Assembly: GCA_051294375.1 (NCBI GenBank)
Contig: CM119263.1
Span: 25,028,688 to 25,092,495, forward strand
Origin: Paraspadella gotoi
Lineage: Eukaryota; Animalia; Chaetognatha
Reading direction: 5' to 3'
DNA: 63,808 nt
Positions 31,265 through 47,343 of the stretch are shown here, piece after piece. The notes beneath the pieces were generated by a model. That model did not search any database. It worked only from the letters and a program-made list of their open reading frames with translations, and had not been told where the DNA came from. Each line of letters starts with the position of its first letter. Positions within the stretch are counted from its first letter, which is position 1. A program made the position numbers and the translations under genes.

Positions 31265-32083
31265 GTTTTCAGTTTTATATGTAATTATGTAATTAATATA
31301 AATAATTCAGAAAACGAAAATAAGGGATAACTATTGAAAAACCAAAAAAACTAAGTCTTTAGTATAAAGTACAGGCGGCTTCTATTGTGCACGGAAACGG
31401 GGAATATTTTAACTTTTGTGTAACGTATATAGAAATTATTTTAAAAAATCCGTTAGAAGATTTTGTTTATAATTTTTTTTTTCACTGGCATTAAATTAAT
31501 CATTAATATATAAGTGATTAACTGATAAAAAGATTTCTGCAACGAGCACGTGACTTTTTTTAACCAATAAGAATTTAAAAAAAGTTAAAAAACATCAGAT
31601 TCAGTCATTAGTTTTGACTGTTTATGTCGTACTTGTAGGAATTAAATTTTTATTTTGTAAAGGTTGATCGCGTAAATTTCGGTTACTCCTTTATCTTCCG
31701 GTCAGGGTAAAAAGGACTTACGATTTTTGTGAACTTTTGTTTTGGGATAATTTGTAGTTTCTAGTTCTTCGTTGGATCAGCTGATTCTGACTGCTCTGCC
31801 AGCCCGATTAGCCCGTTTAGATGGGCCGATACTTGGTGGGCGATCTAATTTTGATATTTTTCCTTCTAAGAAACATGACTATAAGCTCTCTTATTATTGT
31901 CTCTCACGATCCTTATTTTTCATAATTGTTAAAATCGTTATTATTTTTGAATATTTTAAATTGTTTTTATCGATTTGCTTTTCAAAACATACGGCCAATT
32001 TTATTTCATTCATATTTAGTTATTAGATTGACCACTGACACGAAGTTCCGAAACCCATCTCATCAAATCCACGTAGAACTCGT

Positions 32084-33565
32084 ATGTTTTTACGTCTTCC
32101 GTCTAAAGTCCGAGAAAGAATGCGTCCAGTTAAGTATGTGATACCGCGGCGATTGGAGAGAGAGACAATATTGCAAAGACGATTAGAACGAATATCGATT
32201 CGGGGACGTCCGGTCTTGCCACGAGTTATCTATCGACCTCGCAGAAAGAATTTGACAGAAAACATACTTACAGAATTATATAATCTGCCAGGTATTGGGT
32301 CATGGTTAAGATGTGTAAGCAACGAACAACTTTTCTTTAAAAAAAATAAACACAAACCTGTTCTCAGACGATGTCGAGTTATCTTCCCTGGAGCTGTTAA
32401 CCTTCGGAGACTTGGAGAACATCATGATGGCTCAGTTGAGCAAGGAAGCTAGCAGAAAGGATTTTCCCGATCATCCTTGCCCCGAAGCAATCTCGCTAAT
32501 CCGAAAAGACGAGACAGAGAGCGTCCATAAAATTGTGTCATCCGTCGACGATGTAACTGGATCAGTCGTCTTTGTTGGGAGCGGGATCGAAAAACTTCCT
32601 ACTAACGATTGTACTTTATTCAAAACGGAGCCTCGTGGTAAAGTTAACATCAGATACGTATTTATAACGGCTATTTATTAAAAAAAATTCCGTGTTTTCC
32701 ACACGTTTTAGGAATCAAGGAAGAGGCGAACTCTGTATTAGCGAATGGAGGTTCTTCGAATGTGATACACGAAAATGGGGTAGACGTAAAAAAGGAATCA
32801 CAGTTTCATGGTTACAGCGACTTCTTAAACAGTGACGCCGATCCTTTCGACGATGCTAAGGATGGCGTAAACAAGCCAGACGACGAGAGTAGCCTTCCAC
32901 GGGGAGACCCTTTAGTAGTCGGTCAATCGGTTTTCCCGATCGGCTCCACGTCTTTCCCTTCTTTTCGCCCAGGCTCAGACACCCTCTCTTTTAACCTTTC
33001 GAGATTATTTGATTCTCCCGAAGCCTTGGTCGCTTCCGCGCCAGAAATACCTTATATATTCACGCGGGACGTAATCGATTCTTGCTCTGTCCACGCTGAC
33101 GTTGCTCCGCGCTTCACCCTCGTCGCGGATTCGATGGATTTCGTCAATATTGGCGGCGCCAATTATCGGATGGTCTTCGCCGCCGAAACCAAAAAGAATG
33201 TGCTCAACCTCAAGTGGAGTTCTTGCGGTGTCGTGACTAAACAGAAAAAATCCGAGACGTTTATGAACTCAAGAAAGAAAAGCAAAAATCGCAGGAAAGC
33301 CTTTACTAGCTCCTTAAAGAAATCATTTAATAGGAAACTGGACTCGTCCTCTTTCAAACCTATCGAAAAATCGCATAATATTAATAGGATGGAGATGACT
33401 CCAACGCCAAAGTTATTTAGTCGAGTGTCGGTGCAGAGGAACGTCCTTTACATTAAAAACGGGGACAAATTCGGCTACAAACGGATGGCAAAAATGTCCT
33501 CTTGCTCTAAACCTGGTCGGCATTGTTGTTGTCCTCTCAAAAATAATCAATCGATTTGTCGTTGA
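32084..33565 (+). CDS. Unknown protein, probably 3 exons; Arg-rich N-terminus, acidic middle, Lys-rich C-terminus
   Basis: ORF blocks 32084-32291, ~32368-32637 and ~32712-33565 have coding-like composition and are separated by short GT..AG introns (CCAG|GTATTG, TTCTCAG|, TTTTAG|). No recognisable domain. Confidence 0.55.
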
Positions 33566-34097
33566 ATTAGTCAAGCTTACCTCTTACGGCGTACTACTAG
33601 TCGCTTCAACCTCAACTCTCGCTGAGGATGATACATAAAGCTTTCCTGTAACGAAGATAGATGCCTCTGGCAGAGATAAATACCTACTGAATGCCCAACG
33701 CTAATGTTAATTCTTCTGATGCATATCTAGATTCTTAGTAGTAATATAATATTGTGCCGATCGTTGTGATATTTGTGTTAACAAATAAAAGTTAGTTACA
33801 AATTCGTCAAACTTCTGATATACTAATTTAAGAAAACTATCTACGACTTTCTCTATTGAGTATTATTTATTATAAGGAATTTACTGAGGTATTTATAGCG
33901 ATCTCTCAATTCTGTTATTTTTTTAAAATTAGAATATATACACACAAACTAGAATAGAAATGGTCAATATTCAGAGCCGATTATAGGTAATTGTTAGGAA
34001 TTACAAAGTTGAATCGGCTGAAAAAAAGAAACATAAAAAAGGCTTTTGATATGAAAATAATGTGGACAAGAGAAAATTTTCATTAGTTATGTGTTTT

Positions 34098-34987
34098 TCA
34101 AACCGCTTCCTCCCATTGAGAGGTTACTCCTGTTCTGTTATCTGCGTAAAACAACTTGATTCTGGTCGTACTCTCCGGAGACGTGTCTGTCCCTCCTGTT
34201 CCATGGTTGGGCAGATAGCGGTTGTGGACAGCGTTTTTTTCAATTCCTTTAAAAGTCCCCGGATTGTTAGCGTTCGGTGTTTTTCCCAACGTGGTCAAAT
34301 GATGATCGTGACGTGTGTATCGATTGTGCTGTAAAGAAAGTGGTCTTGTAATTGTTTTTGTCGGTTTCAATATAAAAAGTTTCCATTTTTAACCTCTGGA
34401 GTAGTGTAAAACGGTTGCTGTGCTTGCGAAGACGAGCTACGAGATCTGGTCATACCCCTATCTTCTTCGGCGAGTTGTTTGGCCACGGTGACGTCCTCGT
34501 CCCACCCAGCCTCCCTGGCCAAAGCCCGCGACATTTCCCGGTTAATTTCCAATCTTTCCATCCGGCTCGTTCGGTCCGGATCGACTCGTTCGTTGCGCGC
34601 CGTACGTTCGCGTTCGAGGCGCTCCAGATAATCCGCGCGTTCCTGCTGATTAACCTCGTCTCCCATCGTTTCTACGAAATCGAACGTGGACCCATTCTTG
34701 TTTATTGTGGCAGGGGACAGAAATCCTGAAGGATTCATTTTGTCACGTCGCGAACGGCTAAATTATATTTTTTTGGTTTATTATTATATTTTTTTTTTAT
34801 ATTTACCAGTCGCCGCGGTCGGAGTAATTTGTGAGATTGGCGAAGCTACGTCCGTAATCAAACCGGAAATGGAGCCTATTGGTGTTGTTAGCGCCGTTAA
34901 CGCTGGATCCATGCCGTTATTTGAAGGGCGATTCCCTATATTTTTGCAAAATTTTTTATTCACTTCATCGGTTTTTATTTTGCTCAA
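34098..34987 (-). CDS. Unknown protein, about 3 exons, charged/low-complexity; 5' end uncertain
   Basis: Consecutive minus-strand ORFs 34784-34987, 34367-34738 and 34098-34370 are joined by short AT-rich introns (ACTG|GTAAAT near 34807, CAGAG|GTTAAA near 34394, TTTACAG near 34330). Confidence 0.5.
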
Positions 34988-35702
34988 GAAGTCTTTCTCC
35001 TACCATAAGGTCTTCTATTAATTAACGATTGCAACTGTTGATGACCACGCTGTCCCATGAAAGAGAAGTTTTCGGGAACGCGAACCGTAGAAGCCTTGAC
35101 AGTCCAGCCTTTCACCTTTTTATTAACTGAATAAGAGAGATTGCAAACTTAGCATTCATACTTGTTGGTAACGTGACCTTTGACCCTCAGAGATGTTAAT
35201 TAGAGAGCTAGGTTTTGGCATAATTGACTAGTATTTTTAGAAGTTACCTGAAATAATAATTATTTTATTATTATTATTATTATAATTGTTTGATTGACTA
35301 GTTCATTTTATTAAATTTGATAGGGAAACTAAAACGATGTTAATCCTTAAGAGACTAAAAATGAACTTAATGCTTACAAAATAGATACTGAGTTTTTCTG
35401 AATCTACGAAATATTAAACTTTGAGTTTGAACTTGACAGAATTAAGAGAGACAATATTTGAACGGAAGATAATTAATTAATTAGAGGCTATTTAAAATAT
35501 TACTGACATACTAGTTACGATGACAAAAGAACGATACTTGTTTAATAGTTTTCATTTTCTCGCAAATCGTAGAAATCTTAATATTATCCCTTCTGACACT
35601 AGTATTAGTAACTTTTTCTCGAGAATCATACGCTTATTTACGCTAATTCTCAGAACATTAAACATTAATTTTAAAATCTCTTGATTAAATTTTTTTTTAA
35701 TC

Positions 35703-38581
35703 TCAACTTAAAAAATAGAGTCGCACATATACGAATCGGCTTGTTCGCTCCTAATTACTATCAATTAAAATAGCCCCAATGAGAAATTCCAAGAACTGAC
35801 CTTTTTTCTTCGAACACGGGCGCATATCGAGGCAGGGGCTCGGAAGTTCCAAGCAACGATTTAGCCTTTTGTTGAAGAAGAGGAAAATGATAGGGTTGAG
35901 CGTTGAGCTAGTCCAGGCGATTAAATTGGCGCATTTATAAATGAAGAGAGAACCTAAAACGGAAATAAACCATTATTAATTTTTTATTAATAATCTTTTA
36001 TCTAATATTTTTTCGCAGTATAATTTATCCCTTTAATTTTTTAAAAGCTCAAAACCGCCAGGAGAACATTGACAGGGTGAAAGTCGCTGAAAGAGTCCAT
36101 TCATAAATCTTTCCCTCGCGAAAAAAAAAAATCTATGCATAATTGCATATGACGTTATAAAAAACGCAAGTCGTAAATTATCCGCCCGCTTGTTGATTCT
36201 ATCTTTGAAGCGTGGGAACAATTTCACGGGTCAAGGAAAATATGAATTTTACTGCGGTATATTAAAGTAGTTGCGGGAAATGCTCCCTTCAAAACAAACA
36301 AACAATATACTTTCAAAACCTATGAAAATTCCGACCTATGCATATATTCGATTAATCGGCCATAAGTTACCATTTTTGAATTAAAACGCATTGTGAGTAT
36401 TAATTTTTAAACATTTTAATAAAAAAATATTAACCTACTTTTATTTCCCAATAATATTGGCAATATCCTTTATTTACCTTGACTCTGAGTGTCTATGATG
36501 AGCAGCAAAAAGATAGGGTGCCAGAAGACGACAAAAGCGACTAACAGCAGCGTCAAGACCCTCAGTCGTCTCATGGCGGGGGCCTCGAGCCGGGCACGCA
36601 CCGCGCGCGTCTTTGACGAATCCGTCAGCATCTCGGCGTCCACAGGACCGACTGTCATCGAGGCGGTGGACAGGAGATGCAATGTGTGGTGGTAACACGT
36701 CATGCGGATGTCTGCCGAGGGGAGGGGGTAGAATAAGATTAGTTTTCAGTACAAAATGACCATTTTTCCATGATTAACGGCTGACTAATGTTCACTAATA
36801 AGCACCACGTCCTCACCTCGATGGTAACTCCGGAGAAAGTGAGCTGTCATCAAGATTCCGGCTACGTTTACCAAAATCCAGAACGTGTTGATAAAATACA
36901 TGCGAGAAATTGGATCTGAAGGAAATTAAATAAAAAAATGTTTCTGTTGTATGAAAAAATAGAAAAATAGTTAAATACGTATAGAGTAAGGCGTAGTAAA
37001 ATTTCTAAATTTAACTTTAATTAAAATTCTAAAAGTGAGGAACGAACAACATTATACTAATGAACATATATATATAAAAAAAATTTACAATAAATTTTAC
37101 AATTTACGCAGTAGGCCATATTTATACTAGTACTAATTCAATAAATGTTAAAATTTCAAAACAGTTTTTTTAAAGTAGATTTGGATTTGTCATAAAAAGT
37201 TGATAAAAAGAAATATAACCCTTTTTGAAAAATTCCTTCATTAAGTGGGTCAAAAATTAAAAAAAGCTATATTTTAAGCTGAAAATTAACTTTTTATATA
37301 TTAAATATAGTTTTTTTAATTTTTAACCCACTTAATGAAAGAAATTTTAAAAATAATTAATATTTTCTTTTATCAACTTTTGACGAGGAATTCAAATCTG
37401 CAATCAAAATTAAGAAAAGCCTATTTTGAAATTTTTCGATTTTATAAGGATAGTACTATATATAAATATAGCCTACTGCGAAAATTAAAAAACATAAAAT
37501 AATTTTTTTTTACAAATTAATGTTTACTGATGGTATGTTGTTCATAATTTACTTTTAGAATTTCCATACGTAACTTTCACTACGCCTTAGTATAGAGTAT
37601 AGACTCTCACCCGAATTTTGTAGCTCGCAGTTCATTAGCAAACAGCTTCTTTGATCCCAACTTCCGAGTTTCCTGTTTTTAAGGTTTTCATTTAGTAGTT
37701 AAGTACATAAAATTCTATCAATAAATATGGAAATTCCATATCTTACTTAAACGTGTCGCTTGCGAGCAGAACGACGCCAAACAAGAGCAATCCGGTTCCG
37801 AACCAAAGGATGAACAGTCCGAACAGGATACACTTGCAAAGGGCGAAGGGGGGCACCGTAAGGTCGACGTCCATGTTACGGAGGTGGAAAAGTTCGTTGA
37901 CCACCATCGCTGCCATATTGAATATGGTCGTCGTTACGAAGTAGGCGTGGCTGACGCGTAGTTTTGTGCACAGCTTGAAGGCGGTAAAGTGGGCGGGGTA
38001 GGATTATGAGGTGATTTTTTTTTTGTGGACCGACTCACTTCGGGGATTGTGGGCGCGACGAAGTTGGCGGCAATCATGAGGTAGTAGAGAGACTTGGCGA
38101 GATCTAGGAACGCGTGGTGAAAGATGAAGGCGTTGGCTGCGTGACGCCAACGTTTCCGCGCCAGGATCGTCACCATCATGCAAACGTTGCCCAGAACGCC
38201 GAGAAGCCCTGCGATGAAGAGGACATTAGACGTTCTGCAGCTTCTTTTGTTCTTTGATATGTGAAAATGCTGTTCTCTAAATATTTTAGCCAAAATACTT
38301 GAAAAAAAAATAACGATACTACTACTTCATTTATATCGAAACCTATATTTTATTGTCACCAGAAAAAATAATTTGAAAATCGGTACTGATAAAAGTTTTT
38401 TCCAATTTTTAATTTTGTTAGCCTTTCCTCACTAAAAACTTTCATAATCCGTTTTTTAGTTAACCATTCCGTTACCTAATGCCAGCAGGTACTGCGTGTC
38501 TCCGTTGGCTGTGAACACTACGAACATCTTGGGTGCACGCGCGCTCGTGTTGATCGGCCGCTCCAGCAACGCGCTCTCCAT
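35703..38581 (-). CDS. Class A (rhodopsin-like) orphan GPCR, tentatively SREB/GPR85-like; about 8 exons; terminal exon uncertain
   Basis: TM1 GLLGVLGNVCMMVTIL, TM2 ANAFIFHHAFLDLAKSLY, TM3 ending AMVVNELF, TM4 FILWFGTGLLLFG, ECL2 Cys (WDQRSC), TM5 FWILVNVAGILMT, TM6 AFVVFWHPIFLL, TM7 AWTSSTLNPIIFLFFN, in order across GT-AG-flanked exons. Confidence 0.8.
36987..37589. mobile_element. hAT-like AT-rich MITE in a GPCR intron
   Basis: TIR TAAGGCGTAGT(A/G)AAA; perfect 8-bp TSD GTATAGAG; internally quasi-palindromic. Confidence 0.85.
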
Positions 38582-38651
38582 CCTGGTTTCCTCCGGTGGC
38601 GGTGCCAGCGGACCTGGTTGGAACGAGAAAGGGAAATTCTTGAAATTGAGC

Positions 38652-38694
<43 letters not shown>

Positions 38695-40819
38695 ATCTCT
38701 ACTATCTTCTCTCTCTCTCCCCCTCCCTCCCTCTCTCTCTCCGCTTCTACAATTTTCCCTTTTATTCCCACTAAAAACGTCCCACCTTCAATCTTTCTCT
38801 CTTCCAACTGACCCCGGGATTCACCTTGCCCAATTCGTCACGGGCGACTGGAAGCGTCACATTTTACGACCTTCTCCATTTTTTAAACCCATTCCTCAAG
38901 CTCAACATTTGGGGAAGCATCATATCTGGCAACAGGCCGCCAACCATTCCGCGATTCCGATGGCAGCCATTTTGTTTTATTGGCTTTTCCCCTTTTTCGG
39001 ACGAGGAAGGAAAAACTTAGACTTTTTTTAGTCGGGCTATGGGAAGGAATGGGGGAAGAAACGGTGGAGGTGGGTAGAGAAGTGAGATGTGCAAGGAGTA
39101 GAAAGAAGAACCAGTTTTATCAAAGTTTGTTGTTTGTTCATTATTGTCTTTGAACGACGATTGCACCACGGCAATATAATGCTATGCTACGCTTTCAAAA
39201 AACAGCAAATTCCACTGCCCATGTGCCCATATTTAAAGGGACGGTATGCACTGAATAATTCAGACATTTTTAAGCGATTTACGACCCTGTGGGGCGTTAA
39301 TATTTTGAGTTACGACGTTTTCTTCGGTCCTTTCCCCTTCCGTCTCGCGTCGCCAAAATTTGGAAAAGGAAAAAACTTCGCGGGAATCGGACGAGTTGGA
39401 CGCGAACGTGTGCCTTGCCCTCTCCAGTCTCCAGTCCGCCCAAATATTCGCGAAGAACCGACGGAAACATGCTGACGTCGACCGCTTTAGGAAACGAGAA
39501 GCCTTGAGATGAGATAATGCAAGAGGGCGATTTGGGGGGAGTAAAGTTATATATATAGTTTTATATATTATATAGGGGATAAATTTTCTACTACGAGTTA
39601 AAATTGGATTGGCAATTAGTATTCGTGAGTCTGTGAATCCTAATGACGCGTAATTAAAAAAAGGTTTTCTTTTATTTTTTTAACTCTTTTGCTAAAAAGA
39701 GAAGAAAAAAATGAAGTTGCTCCTCCACCATCATCGTCTCCATCATCACCTCCTTCGAGTCGTATCGGCGAATGAGGCGGGAAATGAGTTTCGTTTCTTA
39801 CAGGGGAATGGCCGATGCCTTCGGCGCCGGTGCGCGGTGTTTCCAAGGAGAAAAAGAAAAACTAGCTGGCGGGCCTGCCCGTTAATTATGAGGCTCGTTT
39901 ATCAAAACTTGTAATTCTTTTCCCGTTTTTTCCCCATTTTTTCCTGTTTATACGCGGGAATTTTTTTCTTAAGACTTTTTATCCTTTTTTTCTCATTAAC
40001 GTAACGAAGCGCGAGAGCAGCGAGACGCGGGGTGACACTTTTATTTTTAGCTTGGCTAATATTGGCTAATTAGTAATCCTCTTTTGTTTTGAATATTTAC
40101 TTGGTATTCCTCTCTTTCACCAGGCGTCAAACCTGTTTTACTTCATCCCTGAATTCGCCGAATCTGTGCGCCGAGATATGGAACATCTAATACTCAATTC
40201 TTCGAACGATATTCTTGACAAGATGAATTGTTTTTCTTTATCTTTACGACTCACAGAAAAATAAGTTATCTTCTTGAAATAAAATAAAAACCCCAGAATG
40301 CAAATGTGATTTAAATGTAAGCGTAAGAGCTAGTAAAAAGGAGGAGTAGAAGAAGTAGAAGTACGTCGTCCATGACTTAGATGGGAAACTAAACAAACGT
40401 TAGATTTTTAATATAACGTTTTTCTTCACCAGATCGTAAAAAATTAAAGTATAATTATTTCTCATATTTTAAATAACGATTATAAGAAAATGTTCGGCAA
40501 AAATATATTTTTGTTAAATTGTTTTTATTTGTTTTCGAAAACAAATCCGCGTCCGGTTTGTGTCCTTGGAGGTTTCTTTCAGAATTCCGACAAACAATTC
40601 TTGACGTCGGATAAAAAGTTCAAGGGCGAGCGCAGGAGAAGGATTATGGGGGGGGGGGTGTTGAGACAACGTTCGATAAAAGATGATACGAGGAAAATAT
40701 CTTATTTAATAAATGATAAAGGGAAAAGTTTCTAAGAAAAATGCAAGTTACTCGGGAAGAAGAAAAGAGAAAAGAAAATATATTTTTATTAAGAAATGCA
40801 TGACATGTACATTGTACAA

Positions 40820-41435
40820 TAAGGCGTAGTGAAAGTTACATACGAAAATTCTAAAAGTCAATTATGAACAACATACCATCAGTGAACATTAATTGTGTAA
40901 AAAAAATTAATTTTATGTTTTTTAATTTTCGCAGTAGGCTATATTTATATATAGTACTATCCTTATAAAATCGAAAAATTTCAAAATAGGCTTTTCTTAA
41001 TTTTGATTGCAGATTTGAATTGCTCGTCAAAAGTTGATGAAAGAAAATATAAATCATTTTAAAAATTCTTTCATTAAGTGGGTTAAAATTAAAAAAACTA
41101 TATTTAATATATAAAAAATTAATTTTCAGCTTAAAATATAGCTTTTTCTAATTTTTGACCCACTTAATGAAGGAATTTTTCAAAAAGAATTTAATATTTC
41201 TTTTTGTCAACTTTTTATGACAAATCCAAATCCGAAAAACAAATATAAAAAAAAACTGTTTCGAAATTTAAACATTTATTGGTTTAGTACTATAAATATA
41301 AATATGGCCTACTGTGTAAATTGTAAAATTGATTATAAATTTTTTATTACATAAATGTTCATTAGTATAATATTGTTCGTTCCTCACTTTTAGAATTTAA
41401 ATTAAAGTTAAATTTAGAAATTTTACTACGCCTTA
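40820..41435. mobile_element. hAT-like MITE, same family as 36987-37589, opposite orientation
   Basis: Same TIRs; TSD TTGTACAA/ATGTACAA (7/8 match); body is the near reverse complement of 36987-37589. Decayed relatives at ~14260-14660, ~27430-27760 and ~44790-45490. Confidence 0.85.
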
Positions 41436-41811
41436 ATGTACAATTACTCTTTTTTATCCATTGTTATAATTATTATTTTTATTCCATAGCATATTTTTAT
41501 CCCAAACCTAATAATAATAATAATGTCCCATATAATAATGACGAATATAATGACGATTATTAATATGTATGTATCGGTCGTGGTCTAGAATTGTCGACTA
41601 AGTCAGATCAGACGAAGTTTTTAGATTTTCAATAACTTTAAAAAAATTATTTTATTCACTGTGGTTTCGATTTTAATATAAAAAGTTTTCTAAATAAATA
41701 AACCAAGATTCGATTAAAATATGTGGTTTCACGTTTCTATCATAATATATTTTGAAACGTGTAGTTGCGATGACAAATATTTCATTCTCGATCTCCGAAA
41801 AAGTCAGTATA

Positions 41812-44149
<2,338 letters not shown>

Positions 44150-45005
44150 ATGCGATAATGTTATCAATTTAAACATTAAACTCTTGTTTTATCTTCTTAT
44201 TGTATTTTTTTTTTCATTTTTGCTTTTTGTTCATTTTAAAAACGGAGATAAATTTTTTTTCCAGCCTTCAGCACTTTAGCGGGCGGAATGAATATGCAGC
44301 TGTTTCATCCCTTTAATTAAACTTCAAAAAAATATGAATATGGATATTCTTTTCAGCCTTGCTCTTTCTCCCTCTTCCTCTTCATCCGCCAACGTCGTGT
44401 CGCATCGACGAGAAGATGAATCTCTTCGTCAGATCCGCCAGATAAATATTGGGGGGAAAGAAAAGTTGGGCCTGGGAAAAGGGGGAAAGGGGGAAAGGGG
44501 GAAAGGGGGAAAGGGAAAAAGGGAAAAGGGAAAAGGGGGAAAGGGGAAAGGGAAGTTGGGGAACTGAAATGAAAGCCGAAAAGGGGAAAGAAGAAAGTTC
44601 TAGAAAGATATAGGAAAGGAGTATTTTGTTCATCAAAAGTCAAGAAACCCTCAAAACTCGCTCAATACTTAAGTATGATTTGAACTGGCGCAGAAAAAAA
44701 TAATGAAAAAGGATAATCAGCGAAACCCAATGCAAGATAAAAAGGGGATATGTTTAGTAAAGCGTAACAAAAATATTAAAATCAAGTTGAATCAAAATTC
44801 GAAATCATGAACAAGCTTGTACCTGTGAACATTTTTAAATAAAAAAGAATTTTTTGGGTTTTTTTAATTTTCGCATACGCCCATATTTATACATAGTACT
44901 CACCATAGAAAATGTTACAATGGTTTTTTCTTATTTTTGAAAGCAGATTCGAATTCCTCACGAAAAGTTGATATTATGGTGGACTAAAATCCACCAACCA
45001 TTCAT

Positions 45006-45210
45006 CAGCGGCCATTGGTGCCGTAGGCAAGTCATTCGCCTCCCAACCAAAAGGTCCGGGGTTTTAGCCCAGGTGGTCGCCTTGCAGTGAAGAGGGACGG
45101 GGCGTTTAACAAGCCTGTAACACGGTGTTACAGCCTGATGCGAAGCTCAGGGACTGCTTATATTGAACGGTTCTGTCACTAACATATAACAATAATTACT
45201 GTCTCTTCAA
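45006..45210 (+). mobile_element. tRNA-derived SINE, family A copy 2 (inserted in a decayed MITE)
   Basis: Collinear with 15193-15396, including an identical GAAGCTCAGGGACTGCTTATATTGAACGGTTCTGTCA block. Confidence 0.75.
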
Positions 45211-46029
45211 TATAAGGAAATATAAATCTTTTTAGAAAATTATTTCAATATTTCATAATCCTAATTTTTAGCTAGCTTAATGAAAGAATTTTTATTAAGA
45301 CTTATATTTTCTTTTATCAACATTTTATGAGGAATTCGAATTTGCTTACAAAACAAAAACAAAAAAAACTATTTTCAAATTTTGAAATTTTCTATGGCAA
45401 ATACTGTGTATAAATATATCAATGTTCTTTAGTACAAGACTGTTCATGACAACTATTCGAATTTTGATCTGCAACTTTCACTACGACTTGTTTAGGTAAC
45501 AACTAACAAGTAATACTAATAGAGAGAATACATTCTGGAAAGAGAAAGAACGGTTATTAATATCATGCAGAAAAATTTTTTAATAAGAGATGAATTAAAA
45601 AATCTATATTATTGAAATAACCAAAGGAAAAAATTTAAAAATAATATAGAAAATCCTAGTAGAAAATTAATAGGGATAGCGAATAGGAAAATTTGATAAA
45701 TCGTAAATAAGTAATTGATCTTTATGCAAAAATAAAAACAAAATAAATTAGAATGGAATGTTGCTCTCCTGACGTTAAAAAAAAAACAACCTTTAAAAAC
45801 AAAAAATGACAAAAGAGCCACGTGGCCGGGGCCATTTGGCTATATGGCTCGGCGGGCCTCGAATTTGATAAGCCGCTCTTCCTCCTCTTCACAGTCAGTA
45901 GCTCCAGCAACTTCGAGGAGTCTACCACCTTTCTCCGATTCCCGTAAAAATATGTTTTTCAATTTTCATCCTTTTTACTTTCCTTCACCCTCTCTCCTAG
46001 TTATTTTTTTTTTTTTGGGTAAAACTTTA

Positions 46030-46211
46030 CTTTCGCCGACCGGGGTTTTGGCGTCTTTTGAAAAAAAAAAAATTAAGGAGACGAATAATTTATTTGCAAC
46101 AACAATTTTATTATTAGAAGAACCTCTTTCGGCTCAAAAAAACTTTGACGCTGATGATTACTACCTAATTATTACCTAATTACCTTAACCCTAAACCCCG
46201 GTCGGCGAAAG
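46030..46211. repeat. Small inverted-repeat element (MITE-like)
   Basis: CTTTCGCCGACCGGGGTTT / AAACCCCGGTCGGCGAAAG inverted pair; internal CCTAATT/CCTTAACC/CCTAAACC short repeats. Confidence 0.55.
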
Positions 46212-46509
46212 AAAATTCAACCTTTTTTTGTTTTGATAAAAAAGTGAGTCACGATAAGATTTTATGATCATCCTTCATTCTCACGCTCGACTTTTCATTA
46301 TGAAAACTTTTCACTTTTTATCTTCTCCTTTCGCAAGCTTCAAATTTACTATTTACCATAATCAATTAATCATCTGCGTCATTCTGTTATCAAAAAATCT
46401 GGGGACTCTGCCTTTCTTTTACTTTGTCCTTTTTTCTCCAGGTTTCACGAACTTTTTCCTTGTGCTTGTCCGGCGGAGACGGACTTACAAAATTTCACAA
46501 ATAATCAAA

Positions 46510-47343
46510 ATGCAAGCCTCCACCGCAGCTTCCAGGGCATCTGGGTGGCATTTTCCCGTGCCGAAGAAAGGGGTTGTCCTCGTCTTCCACGTCATCCCTA
46601 GATCGGAAGGAAGGTTCAAGCGTATGGTCATCGGCATCACACTCGACGGAGAACTTACAGCGAATCTGCCCACCTACCTCGATGCGAAGAACTTACGAAA
46701 GGTGTTGGAGAAGTTTTGGCACGAGAAGGATTTGTTCTTCTTCCGAGCCCCGCCCGAAGTGTATCGACATCTTACATCGCTCCGGGCGAGTGGCTACTTT
46801 AAGTCCTGTAACTCGTTAGAAGTTCCACTTTGGTGTGTTGGGACGGGGGAGCCCGTTGATTTGGTCCTGAGTTCCTCAACGAGGGCCATTTTGATGCCAG
46901 ACGCGAGTTCCGTCTCTGACTGGGCTAAGTGGCCGAAGAGCCCCGGCCGAACCGTGAGGGAAAGTGCAGGCGGCGTAGGGAAATGTCTTCTTATTTTGAG
47001 AGCGAACAGTGTTCGCCGAACACAGCGACGCAAGAGGCCCTTTGCTCTTAGGTGGTCATCTTCAGTGGCCGCTCGGCAACAGGATTCGTCCACCCAAGAT
47101 ACAGAATCGGGAAAGACTCGTCAATCTCGACATTTTCAGCGTCGCCGTGATAAGAAGCGTGCGGCTAAGCAACTACGCGCTGTCGACGAGCTTGGTGTCC
47201 CCGCCCACTCGTCGACGCCCAAGATTGCAAGATTAGTCTCGGGCAATTCGACGGTGGAGCAGGTTCAGGAGCAAGATGAAGACAATTCATTGAAGAGTAT
47301 ACTCTTCTGCTGCACCCGGCATCAGAGGCGGATATCGAGATAG
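46510..47343 (+). CDS. Intronless orphan ORF (277 aa), basic C-terminal half
   Basis: GC-richer open frame starting AAAATGC at 46510, preceded by a polypyrimidine/CAG acceptor at 46440 (probable 5' UTR intron). No family recognised. Confidence 0.45.
   Translation: MQASTAASRASGWHFPVPKKGVVLVFHVIPRSEGRFKRMVIGITLDGELTANLPTYLDAKNLRKVLEKFWHEKDLFFFRAPPEVYRHLTSLRASGYFKSCNSLEVPLWCVGTGEPVDLVLSSSTRAILMPDASSVSDWAKWPKSPGRTVRESAGGVGKCLLILRANSVRRTQRRKRPFALRWSSSVAARQQDSSTQDTESGKTRQSRHFQRRRDKKRAAKQLRAVDELGVPAHSSTPKIARLVSGNSTVEQVQEQDEDNSLKSILFCCTRHQRRISR

Noticed and set aside
44455-44565. G-rich (GGGGAAA)n tract and its ORFs
   Set aside because: Simple purine repeat; it may form a G-quadruplex, but nothing supports coding or a specific function.
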